A DNA stretch of 64,000 nt, from positions 1 to 64,000 of the IMG/VR virus record IMGVR_UViG_3300035156_000206; one strand, given 5' to 3'. The notes beneath the pieces are model-generated. The model saw only the letters and a program-made list of their open reading frames with translations, did no database searches and was not told the DNA's origin. Made by a program: the position numbers and the translations under genes. This document shows positions 1 to 6,933 of this stretch, one piece after another; within the stretch, counting starts at the first letter, position 1, and each line of letters begins with the position of its first letter.

Positions 1-6
1 CCAGGG

Positions 7-172
7 GGGTCGGGGCCCGGGGGGGTCGGGCGGTAGTTATTATGGGGCGGGTCGGGGTCGGGGGATGTACCGGAAGTTGGTGGTCGGGAAGGGGGGTCGG
101 GTCGGGGCCTTGTTGACCGGGGTCGGGTCGGGGGCTGGAGTTCCAATGACCAGTCGGGGTCGGGGGGGTCGG
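7..172 (+). repeat. Cluster of about 10 GGGTCGG heptamers, G-quadruplex-capable
   Basis: GGGTCGG at about 7, 23, 49, 55, 94, 99, 120, 125, 157, 166. Confidence 0.9.
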
Positions 173-426
173 ACAGTGAAGCTATTCATCCCACAGACGG
201 CTAACATGAACCTCAACTCGCCGAGTGTGATCTCATTGCCACCATCGGGCTCGGCATCGTACAGGAAGCGATAGACCTCTTCCTTATCTTCTTGTGTGGC
301 TTTGAAGTCTGTGAAGACATAGAGGATGTCTTCAAGAGCATGGTTAGGAAGTTGGTAAAGCTTCATGCTGTTGGAAAGAAGCTCACCAATCTTCTGGGAC
401 ATCAACGCAATGCGATGAGTGGTCAT
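40..426 (-). CDS. Hypothetical protein with Pro-rich C-terminus encoded by the GGGTCGG repeats
   Basis: 128-aa ORF; GGAG RBS; TTGACT-17-TATAAT promoter at 454-482. Confidence 0.65.
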   Translation of the reverse strand: MTTHRIALMSQKIGELLSNSMKLYQLPNHALEDILYVFTDFKATQEDKEEVYRFLYDAEPDGGNEITLGELRFMLAVCGMNSFTVRPPRPRLVIGTPAPDPTPVNKAPTRPPFPTTNFRYIPRPRPAP

Positions 427-453
427 GTTAATCTCCAGGGTGATGGTGAGCTT

Positions 454-483
454 ATTATACTGACTTTATTTTAGAAAGTCAAC
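454..483 (-). promoter_or_regulatory. sigma70-type early promoter, short form of the repeat
   Basis: minus strand TTGACT-17-TATAAT. Confidence 0.8.
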
Positions 484-488
484 GAGGG

Positions 489-743
489 CTAGTCGACGTA
501 CCTGAGGATGCAGCAGAAGGGGACGCTGATGATGCCCATTTCATTTTCAGGAACCCGGAACTCTGGATCGAGACGAATCATGGCCCAGTCTGCATCACCC
601 GGTTCTTCATCGTACTCCATCAAGAGACGAACAGCAGTTACGGTCCCGATCTGCTCAGGGTAGACTTCCCAGACCTTCTCTGGGTCAATGGGGGTACCAA
701 TGACCACTTTCTTGCCGGTGTCTTGTTGCGTGAGCTTCAGCAT
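489..743 (-). CDS. Hypothetical protein
   Basis: 84-aa ORF overlapping upstream gene, operon-like. Confidence 0.7.
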   Translation of the reverse strand: MLKLTQQDTGKKVVIGTPIDPEKVWEVYPEQIGTVTAVRLLMEYDEEPGDADWAMIRLDPEFRVPENEMGIISVPFCCILRYVD

Positions 744-925
744 GGGATGTGTCCTAACATATCAGCGAGGTCTTGTTTGATTTCGTCCTTGGTCTTGCAC
801 CCTTCATCGCCCTGGAGGTGAGGGATGAATGTCCCCTCATACCAGTCTGAGAAGTCCTGCTTGAACAGCATCTTGTAGATGGCCTCGTCCACGTCGCCAA
901 TATCAAGAGCCACGATAGCTCCCAT
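737..925 (-). CDS. Hypothetical protein
   Basis: 62-aa ORF overlapping neighbours. Confidence 0.6.
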   Translation of the reverse strand: MGAIVALDIGDVDEAIYKMLFKQDFSDWYEGTFIPHLQGDEGCKTKDEIKQDLADMLGHIPC

Positions 926-1325
926 CAGCCACTGCCTTCAAGGCTGCATAGTAAGCTTGGAGGGCACCTGCTTTTGCAGGACGGGTAAAAGAGGAACCAT
1001 CAATCTGGTAGGCTGTGACCACGCCTTCGATGTAGGCTTCTTCATCTTCAGTGCAGCGCTCTTGCACCACAACATTGTCGATGACGAGTGAGCGCTCACT
1101 GGCACAATCGAAGTAGGAGAAGTTGCCGCCTGGAGAAGCGATCACGAACGCCTCGATGTTGTAGACGTCCGATTCGAGACCAACGTACCACAATTCGAGG
1201 TCGCCGTCTTCACCCATCTTGTGGCACTGGTTGTGGCTGTGAATGGACAGGTCAATGTCACCATCGAACTTCATCACGGTGAACAGTGCTGCCAGGTTGG
1301 ATGCTGCTGTGATTGCGTTAATCAT
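903..1325 (-). CDS. Hypothetical protein
   Basis: 140-aa ORF directly downstream of repeat promoter and AAGGAG RBS. Confidence 0.8.
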   Translation of the reverse strand: MINAITAASNLAALFTVMKFDGDIDLSIHSHNQCHKMGEDGDLELWYVGLESDVYNIEAFVIASPGGNFSYFDCASERSLVIDNVVVQERCTEDEEAYIEGVVTAYQIDGSSFTRPAKAGALQAYYAALKAVADGSYRGS

Positions 1326-1336
1326 TTTGTACTCCT

Positions 1337-1383
1337 TCGTCAGTTGATGTAATCATTATACTGACTTTTGGAAGAAAGTCAAC
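1337..1383 (-). promoter_or_regulatory. Conserved early promoter+leader repeat
   Basis: GTTGACT-17-TATAAT GATTACATCAACTGACGAA then GGAG. Confidence 0.9.
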
Positions 1384-1391
1384 TGCAATGC

Positions 1392-1413
1392 AAAAAGGAC
1401 CCGAAGGTCCTTT
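1392..1413 (-). terminator. Rho-independent terminator, UUCG loop
   Basis: AAGGACC-CGAA-GGTCCTT hairpin with A run on the + strand. Confidence 0.85.
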
Positions 1414-1415
1414 GC

Positions 1416-1988
1416 TTAATCGTACAGCGAACGATTGCTTGGTGCTTTAGGCTTTTTGGCTTTGGTCACACCCATCTTGATCAGCCATGCTTCGAAGTCA
1501 ACCAAGGTCATCATGATTGGGCCCAGATTGATGTCATCGTCTTGATGTCCGGTGCCTTCTCTGAACTGGTTGTATGGGAGGCAGTGGCCATCATCCTGCA
1601 ACTGGATAGAGTTCTTCCACTTGATGTATGTGAGCTGGTAGAACTCAGTGGGCTTCAGGCGGCACGACAGTTGCTTGCAGATGTACTTGATGATGTCTTC
1701 ATCAGGGAGAACCACATCCTTGACTGCACCAAGGTTGGCCTTGGCCAGGAATGCATCCAGCTCATCGATCGAGGTGAAGGTCTGGCGCTTCTTGACGTTG
1801 ACAACCTCGACGTTGACAACCTCGACGTTGTATTCCTTCTTGCCCGTCAACCAGTTCTTGTCGATGTCGAGATCAATCAGAAACTGACCCTTTGGAGTCG
1901 AGGCCCGAAACACCTGCATGTCCGGAGCATCGTGATACTTAGCGCGGCGTACCAGATTGTACTTCGCTTTGAGTTCTGTGAGTGTCAT
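1416..1988 (-). CDS. Hypothetical protein
   Basis: 190-aa ORF between repeat promoter and terminator. Confidence 0.85.
   Translation of the reverse strand: MTLTELKAKYNLVRRAKYHDAPDMQVFRASTPKGQFLIDLDIDKNWLTGKKEYNVEVVNVEVVNVKKRQTFTSIDELDAFLAKANLGAVKDVVLPDEDIIKYICKQLSCRLKPTEFYQLTYIKWKNSIQLQDDGHCLPYNQFREGTGHQDDDINLGPIMMTLVDFEAWLIKMGVTKAKKPKAPSNRSLYD
1794..1830. repeat. 15-bp tandem repeat, 2.5 copies, encodes NVEVV-NVEVV
   Basis: GACGTTGACAACCTC x2 plus GACGTTG. Confidence 0.85.
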
Positions 1989-2001
1989 TTGGTTTCTCCA
2001 T

Positions 2002-2049
2002 TTCGTCAGTCGATGTAATCATTATACTGACTTTTGGAAAAATGTCAAC
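2002..2049 (-). promoter_or_regulatory. Conserved early promoter+leader repeat
   Basis: TTGACA-17-TATAAT...GACTGACGAAA. Confidence 0.9.
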
Positions 2050-2051
2050 GG

Positions 2052-2414
2052 TTACAAAATGGGGCCACGTTGTGCATACGAGTAGTTGTTGACCATATCG
2101 GATTCCATCAACTCAACAAGGGACAAGTCCTTGGCGGCGTATCCACAGTACATGTCCGTCACATCCCCTGTGATATCAAACAGGCGACCGTTGATCCTGG
2201 ACAGGATATGACAATTATTGGTCAAGCAGACAGGCTGGGCATCAAAGGCCAATGCCAACATGATGGCAAGGTTGCCGCAATTACCTTTTGAGAATATCTC
2301 GGTGATGATATTCTTGGCGCAATCATCTGGATCAAGACCAGGACACCAACTTGCATCCTGGCTCCGAAGAGCAGATAAGAACAACTGCACCTCGGCTAAA
2401 TTTATCTGTTTCAT
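2052..2414 (-). CDS. Hypothetical protein, possible Cys-His-Asp (papain/transglutaminase-like) fold
   Basis: 120 aa; GNCGNLA...HILSRINGRLFDITG spacing. Confidence 0.7.
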   Translation of the reverse strand: MKQINLAEVQLFLSALRSQDASWCPGLDPDDCAKNIITEIFSKGNCGNLAIMLALAFDAQPVCLTNNCHILSRINGRLFDITGDVTDMYCGYAAKDLSLVELMESDMVNNYSYAQRGPIL

Positions 2415-2426
2415 TCAATCTCCAAA

Positions 2427-2474
2427 TTCGTCAGTCGATGTAATCATTATACTGACTTTTGGAAATTTGTCAAC
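2427..2474 (-). promoter_or_regulatory. Conserved early promoter+leader repeat
   Basis: TTGACA-17-TATAAT...GACTGACGAA. Confidence 0.9.
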
Positions 2475-2476
2475 TG

Positions 2477-2553
2477 TGGTAGGCCGTACTGGACTCGAAC
2501 CAGTGACCAATCCATTATGAGTGAACTGCTCTAACCAACTGAGCTAACGGCCC
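2477..2553 (-). tRNA. tRNA anticodon CAT, Ile2-like (or Met)
   Basis: GGGCCGT/ACGGCCT acceptor, CT-CAT-AA loop, GGTTCGAGTCC T-arm, CCA; body resembles bacterial Ile2. Confidence 0.85.
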
Positions 2554-2563
2554 CACATACAAC

Positions 2564-2585
2564 AAAGGACCCGAAGGTCCTTTTT
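2564..2585 (-). terminator. Terminator hairpin, same as 1392
   Basis: AAAGGACC-CGAA-GGTCCTTTTT. Confidence 0.8.
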
Positions 2586-2586
2586 A

Positions 2587-2841
2587 TTACGCAGTACGCT
2601 TCTGTGCGTACTTACTGCCTTTGTTGCCCTTGCCTTCAGGCGCTTTCGACTTCGGACGCTGGGCATCGCGTTCTGCTGCCAGCGTTTCGGCTTCACGCTT
2701 GATACGCTCCAGGGCACGAACGGTCTTCACCTTGCCGTGGATCGCCTTGGTCTGAGCCGGGCCTTTTTGACCTGCCAGGTGTAGGGCCGTGAACTGCTTG
2801 GCGATGATCTTCTTCTGTACTGCTTTGTTCTGACGAGTCAT
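2587..2841 (-). CDS. Small basic hypothetical protein
   Basis: 84-aa Lys-rich ORF inside tRNA cluster. Confidence 0.75.
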   Translation of the reverse strand: MTRQNKAVQKKIIAKQFTALHLAGQKGPAQTKAIHGKVKTVRALERIKREAETLAAERDAQRPKSKAPEGKGNKGSKYAQKRTA

Positions 2842-2877
2842 GTATCTCTTTCTGACGAGTGGAACTACTAAGGAAAC

Positions 2878-2952
2878 TGGATGCGGGAGGACGAATCGAA
2901 CGTCCGGGGCTTGGCTTATGAGACCTAGTTTGCCACCAACGACATTCCCGCA
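2878..2952 (-). tRNA. tRNA-Met/fMet-like (CAT), atypical
   Basis: TGCGGGA/TCCCGCA acceptor, CT-CAT-AA, TTCGATT T-loop, CCA; mismatch in anticodon stem and weak D-stem. Confidence 0.7.
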
Positions 2953-2960
2953 CTGAAACT

Positions 2961-3036
2961 TGGTGCCCTCAGCAGGATTCGAACCCGCGACCCCCTGATT
3001 ACAAATCAGGTGCTCTACCAGCTGAGCTATAAGGGC
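2961..3036 (-). tRNA. tRNA-Thr (TGT)
   Basis: canonical cloverleaf, TT-TGT-AA loop, CCA. Confidence 0.95.
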
Positions 3037-3052
3037 GAAACTTGTATTACTT

Positions 3053-3129
3053 TGGTGCCACGAGAGGGACTCGAACCCCCAACCTCCGGCTTCGTAGGCC
3101 AGCGCTCTATCCAGTTGAGCTATCGAGGC
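3053..3129 (-). tRNA. tRNA-Arg (ACG)
   Basis: canonical cloverleaf, CT-ACG-AA loop, CCA. Confidence 0.95.
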
Positions 3130-3146
3130 AGACTGCTATTTAGTGC

Positions 3147-3269
3147 TTACCACAACTTAGCAACAAAATGGGTCACAATCCATATCACAGCAATTGCACC
3201 AACAATGGCAGTACCACCCGCAATCACAATCACCATCTCAATTGCAGTAAAGCCGTTTTGCTGATTCAT
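3147..3269 (-). CDS. 40-aa type IV prepilin-like peptide
   Basis: Hand-translated MNQQNG|FTAIEMVIVIAGGTAIVGAIAVIWIVTHFVAKLW; class III signal motif; own promoter at 3302-3330. Confidence 0.75.
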   Translation of the reverse strand: MNQQNGFTAIEMVIVIAGGTAIVGAIAVIWIVTHFVAKLW

Positions 3270-3301
3270 CTTGCTCTCGCTGTTTGTTAACCGATGAAGA
3301 C

Positions 3302-3330
3302 AGTATACGGTGGCTTCATCAGTTAGTCAA
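3302..3330 (-). promoter_or_regulatory. sigma70-type promoter for prepilin-like ORF and tRNA cluster
   Basis: TTGACT-17-TATACT inside an inverted repeat. Confidence 0.75.
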
Positions 3331-3339
3331 CAGTTTTCT

Positions 3340-3609
3340 CTACAGCTTCACCCACTCATTGTAGATCTCTTCTGCCTCTGCCTTGATGGAGGCATCAATG
3401 TCCTCGTCCGTCATATCTGCAGTTCGGTCATCGTCCCAGATGGAGTACAGCTCAGTAGCAATAGTGTTCAAAGCTGTCAGCTTCGCATCCGGATCTTTGA
3501 TGTTGATGGCCAGCTCAGGCATATCACGAAGAGTATCTTCTTCACAGCTCTGGTTGTGAACTGCACCAATCAGTGCAGACTTGAACACGCGGAATGTACT
3601 GTTTGCCAT
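3340..3609 (-). CDS. Hypothetical protein
   Basis: start moved to MANSTF after GAGGAG RBS and repeat promoter. Confidence 0.8.
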   Translation of the reverse strand: MANSTFRVFKSALIGAVHNQSCEEDTLRDMPELAINIKDPDAKLTALNTIATELYSIWDDDRTADMTDEDIDASIKAEAEEIYNEWVKL

Positions 3610-3620
3610 TTCATTCTCCT

Positions 3621-3666
3621 CATCAGTTAATACATTCATTATACTGACTTTTGGAAAAATGTCAAC
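3621..3666 (-). promoter_or_regulatory. Early promoter+leader repeat (variant)
   Basis: TTGACA-17-TATAAT...AACTGATGAGGAG. Confidence 0.85.
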
Positions 3667-4397
3667 TAGGCTTTACGCATCACAAACAGAGTCATCGTCT
3701 TGTCTGGAATCTGTTGCAGTTTGTCCTGCTTCAGTTTCCATTGCTCCATGCCGGCAGGCGTCAGGCCCGAAGGTGCTGTACGAGGCAGGGGACGTGCAGA
3801 CCACAACTTGTCATCTGGCAGGTTGCTACCGTTGTAGACGAACGGTTTGCCATTTGCGTCTGGCATTGGGACACCATCAACAATCACATTGATGACATAG
3901 CCACGTGCACCAGCGGCGAGCTTCTTCCACAACTCAGCACCACCTTGGTATTGGGTGTTGTCGCTGATGATCGTCAAGCCCATCTCAACGAGGGCAACGT
4001 ACAGCATCGCACCGTAGCCACCACGAGCCATCTTCGGATCATTTGCAACGACGAGGTCGACCTGCACCGCACCTGGCAATTTAAGGCCCGGATTGCTGTT
4101 GCTGATCATCTGCTCTTTAAAGTCCAGCGTCACGTAGACGGCTGCACCAGCGACATTGTCTGCAGGACGAGTACCGCGCTTACCAATGAATGCTCCGCTG
4201 TGGTCTTGGCGAATGTAGACGACGTAGTTCGGGTCGTCCTTCACCAGCTTGAATTCATCGGCCAAGGTCCGATCGCTAAAGAAGTGATCGAAGCTGCTGG
4301 TATCCATTTGGAGCTTTTTTGGTTTGCCATCGGCATCTTCAGGGGCGTATGGCATCTCTTTGAGCAGGTTCTCGTTAAGTATTTGGTCTAATCGCAT
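3666..4397 (-). CDS. Late protein with GNAT-like motif A and N-terminal ILNE, possible internal head protein
   Basis: 243 aa; MRLDQILNE; ARGGYGAMLY; TAAATA at 4420-4425. Confidence 0.7.
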   Translation of the reverse strand: MRLDQILNENLLKEMPYAPEDADGKPKKLQMDTSSFDHFFSDRTLADEFKLVKDDPNYVVYIRQDHSGAFIGKRGTRPADNVAGAAVYVTLDFKEQMISNSNPGLKLPGAVQVDLVVANDPKMARGGYGAMLYVALVEMGLTIISDNTQYQGGAELWKKLAAGARGYVINVIVDGVPMPDANGKPFVYNGSNLPDDKLWSARPLPRTAPSGLTPAGMEQWKLKQDKLQQIPDKTMTLFVMRKA

Positions 4398-4418
4398 TTG
4401 GGTTCCTTTGTTATGGGC

Positions 4419-4718
4419 TTATTTAGCCTCGAACTGAGACAAGAACTCCAGGCAGTCCTTCAAGCCATCACGGCCGACGAACACAATATGATCTTGATCT
4501 TCGGGGCCATAGACAACGAGGATGTTGCATTCGTCCATGTCGAGGCTCTGGCGACCATTACGATCCCCGTACACCCAGTGGCGACCATAGGCACCTGCTT
4601 TGGTGTTGATGAGCTCTTTGATCTCGTCATCATCGTATACCTTGTCCTGCGAGCCATGCGTGACGGCACCGAACACTTTAACCTCAGACAATGGAGGTGG
4701 GCTGTAGATGGTAATCAT
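4419..4718 (-). CDS. Hypothetical protein
   Basis: start moved to MITIYS after repeat leader. Confidence 0.75.
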   Translation of the reverse strand: MITIYSPPPLSEVKVFGAVTHGSQDKVYDDDEIKELINTKAGAYGRHWVYGDRNGRQSLDMDECNILVVYGPEDQDHIVFVGRDGLKDCLEFLSQFEAK

Positions 4719-4727
4719 TGAATGCCT

Positions 4728-4776
4728 TTCGTCAGTTGATATTCCTATTATACTGACTTTCTTACAAAAAGTCAAC
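4728..4776 (-). promoter_or_regulatory. Conserved early promoter+leader repeat
   Basis: TTGACT-17-TATAAT...AACTGACGAAAGG. Confidence 0.9.
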
Positions 4777-4793
4777 TGACGTAGGCTTAAAAG

Positions 4794-5087
4794 TTATGTC
4801 GCATCCGATGTGCGTCTTTGTGGCATTCTTGAGACCAGTTCTTCGAACCAGCCTGGGACGCGCTTGTAGTTGATGTACGCGGCAATGTGCTTGGGATAAA
4901 CTTGCTCCAGCTTTGCCAGGTCATCTGCATCAGCAATCCAGATCAACTCCCAGAGGGCGTTGTTGAATTTGTCTGCTGTGCCGTAGTGCTTGCATTTGAT
5001 TAGGGATAACTCTCCCTCGTCCAGATCGATGTCTGGCTTAGCATCCTCAGGACGCTGCTCTTCCTTAGGATCACCAATAATGTACAT
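4794..5087 (-). CDS. Hypothetical protein
   Basis: 97-aa ORF; GGAGG RBS; TTGACA-17-TATAGT promoter near 5120-5148. Confidence 0.8.
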   Translation of the reverse strand: MYIIGDPKEEQRPEDAKPDIDLDEGELSLIKCKHYGTADKFNNALWELIWIADADDLAKLEQVYPKHIAAYINYKRVPGWFEELVSRMPQRRTSDAT

Positions 5088-5166
5088 CTTGATACCTCCG
5101 TTGTGAGTGTCAGTAAGTCACTATACTGTGTTACGGAGGAAATGTCAACGATCACATCGCAAAAGG

Positions 5167-5186
5167 AAAAGGACCCGAAGGTCCTT
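5167..5186 (-). terminator. Terminator hairpin, same as 1392
   Basis: AAGGACC-CGAA-GGTCCTT with A run. Confidence 0.8.
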
Positions 5187-5191
5187 GTCTC

Positions 5192-5368
5192 TCAATCCAT
5201 TTCAGACTGAGTCAGTTTATCGATTGCTTGGTTGTAGCTTCGGCGCATCGCACGCATGAAAGCTTTGCGTCCTTTACGGCCGCTTGGTGCACAGCATGAG
5301 CAGTGCAAACCTCCACCACCGAGCTTGGCATGGCAGGTTTTGAGAAAGTGTTTCTTTTCGCGAATCAT
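5192..5368 (-). CDS. Small basic CxCC protein
   Basis: start moved to MIREKK after GGAG RBS; GGGGLHCSCC motif. Confidence 0.65.
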   Translation of the reverse strand: MIREKKHFLKTCHAKLGGGGLHCSCCAPSGRKGRKAFMRAMRRSYNQAIDKLTQSEMD

Positions 5369-5420
5369 GGTTAGGGTCTCCTTATAATAACCTAATGCAT
5401 GGTACGCTCCTTTCTTTTGT

Positions 5421-5617
5421 TGGGCAGGACTAGATGGAATCGCACCACCGACCTCTTGGTTAAATACCAAGCGCTCTACCATCACGGCCGTTGGTTGGAG
5501 CACCCAGGTAACGTTACCTCCCGGGCGAGTCTGACGTCGTTTCGTGATGTTGGACATTCACATTAACGAGGAGGCCTCCCCGTCGCAGCCGCAGTCCACA
5601 AACTGAGCTATAGTCCC
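5421..5617 (-). ncRNA. tRNA-like RNA (UUU anticodon) with 120-nt insertion in the D-loop
   Basis: GGGACTA/TAGTCCT acceptor, GCTC/GAGC D-stem, CTTGG/CCAAG anticodon stem, GGTGG/CCATC T-stem; insert 5481-5600. Confidence 0.8.
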
Positions 5618-5629
5618 ATTGATCTGTAA

Positions 5630-5719
5630 TGGCGGAAACGGTGGGATTCGAACCCACGGGCCCTGTTACGGGCCGCCGGTTTAGCAAACCGGTGCCTTAA
5701 GCCTCTCAGCCACATTTCC
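5630..5719 (-). tRNA. tRNA-Ser (GCT)
   Basis: class II cloverleaf, TT-GCT-AA, long variable arm, CCA. Confidence 0.95.
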
Positions 5720-5736
5720 GAACAACTATTTATTCG

Positions 5737-5827
5737 TGGCGGAAGCGGTGGGATTCGAACCCACGGAGCCCTTTCGGACTCGGCAGTTTTCAAGACTGCT
5801 GCCTTAAACCAGCTCGGCCACGCTTCC
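5737..5827 (-). tRNA. tRNA-Ser (TGA)
   Basis: class II cloverleaf, CT-TGA-AA, CCA. Confidence 0.95.
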
Positions 5828-5846
5828 TTAGTTAAGCACTACGTTA

Positions 5847-5938
5847 CCCGGAGGGAACTAGACGGATCTCCACTCTGACTGCCTTTCGGCACCTGGCGAT
5901 TTCCAAAGAGTCCGAACCTACCCTAGCCGATAACTGGG
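5847..5938 (-). ncRNA. Candidate rod-like RNA with GAAA tetraloop
   Basis: nested helices GCTAG/CTAGT, CGGA/TCCG, ACTCT/AGAGT, TGCC-GAAA-GGCA; no ORF; first unit after promoter. Confidence 0.5.
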
Positions 5939-5998
5939 AGAAATTGTTGCCATCTCCTTCAATAAATCAGAGGCCTACGCAGCGCTTCACTAATGACA

Positions 5999-6026
5999 AT
6001 TATACGCATTGCTACGTAAATGTCAA
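5999..6026 (-). promoter_or_regulatory. sigma70-type promoter for the Ser-tRNA cluster
   Basis: TTGACA-16-TATAAT. Confidence 0.75.
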
Positions 6027-6115
6027 CAGTTACTTTTCTGGATCGAGCCTACATACGATCCAGATCACAATGAGCTTGATCACTGTAACCAAGCTCACAA
6101 TTTCGAAGAACGTCA

Positions 6116-6862
6116 TTACAGACCGTGCTTGATGATCAGGCCGAACACTTCGTCCAGGGACGAGACCTCATTCACCTTGATGCTGACCTGGCGTCCGCCG
6201 GCCATCGGGAACGTCATTTCGTAGCGCGGGATGTGCGTGGCTTCGCCGATGCGATCCATGTGGTTGGGCAACTGTTGAACCGGTGCCTTTGCAACAGGAG
6301 CAGCATGCGCGCCAGAGATGGTTTCCTTGTTCTCGGCCTTGCGAGCGAGACGTTCAGCCTTCTTCGATGCCGATTCAGCTTCTTCGGCCGAGCGGTGCAT
6401 ATTCTTCTGGTACGACACTTTGCTCTTGGCCGATGTGATGGCGCGCTGATGAGTGCCGAGTTGTTCTGGCGACATGTCAGCCGTTGGAATCGCTTGCAGT
6501 GCCAGCAGGGCCGTTTGTGCTGCTTCCATCTTCGGCTTGATCTCTGCTGCGGTGGTTGTTTTGCGTGCCATGGTATTTCCTTTCGTCATTTGAGTGGAGT
6601 GTGTCCAACCCGTTGGAGGTGTGTACTCGGTCTCTGTTCCAAGTTCACTATTAATCACGATACCCAATGTATCGCGTACATGCTCCCGCGCCTTTGTCAG
6701 GTTCGGGAAAGGCTGATCGTCTACCGTCCAGCGCTTCTCCGGATGAGGCATACGTACCCCATCCGAAGTCTCCCCACGAACAATGAACTGGTCAATGTCC
6801 GGGAAGGAGCCATAGCGCTTATTGGGAAACAACCTTATTGCTGTAGTCGCACTGTTCTTCAA
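6116..6862 (-). CDS. Hypothetical protein with possible internal start MARKTT at 6571
   Basis: 248-aa ORF; promoter TTGATT-17-TATAAT near 6910-6938; internal RBS TGACGAAAGGA. Confidence 0.75.
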   Translation of the reverse strand: MKNSATTAIRLFPNKRYGSFPDIDQFIVRGETSDGVRMPHPEKRWTVDDQPFPNLTKAREHVRDTLGIVINSELGTETEYTPPTGWTHSTQMTKGNTMARKTTTAAEIKPKMEAAQTALLALQAIPTADMSPEQLGTHQRAITSAKSKVSYQKNMHRSAEEAESASKKAERLARKAENKETISGAHAAPVAKAPVQQLPNHMDRIGEATHIPRYEMTFPMAGGRQVSIKVNEVSSLDEVFGLIIKHGL

Positions 6863-6933
6863 TATATCCCCTCGTCAGCTATTTTGATCAACGCTTAGTT
6901 GATAAGGCTATTATACTGAAATTTGGAAATTAA

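Noticed and set aside
1337-1343. CUGANGA in the leaders as a hammerhead ribozyme core
   Set aside because: No stem II followed by GAAA and no stem III/NUH arrangement around any copy.
3290-3330. N4-type virion RNA polymerase hairpin promoters
   Set aside because: Loops are 13-18 nt and contain sigma70 -10 boxes, unlike the 3-nt-loop N4 hairpins.
5369-5557. N-terminal extension of ORF 5192-5557
   Set aside because: It runs through the tRNA-like RNA; the RBS supports the start at 5368.
5481-5600. tRNA insertions as group I introns or archaeal BHB introns
   Set aside because: Far shorter than a group I core, no P7/terminal-G arrangement and no clear bulge-helix-bulge; left as unclassified insertions.
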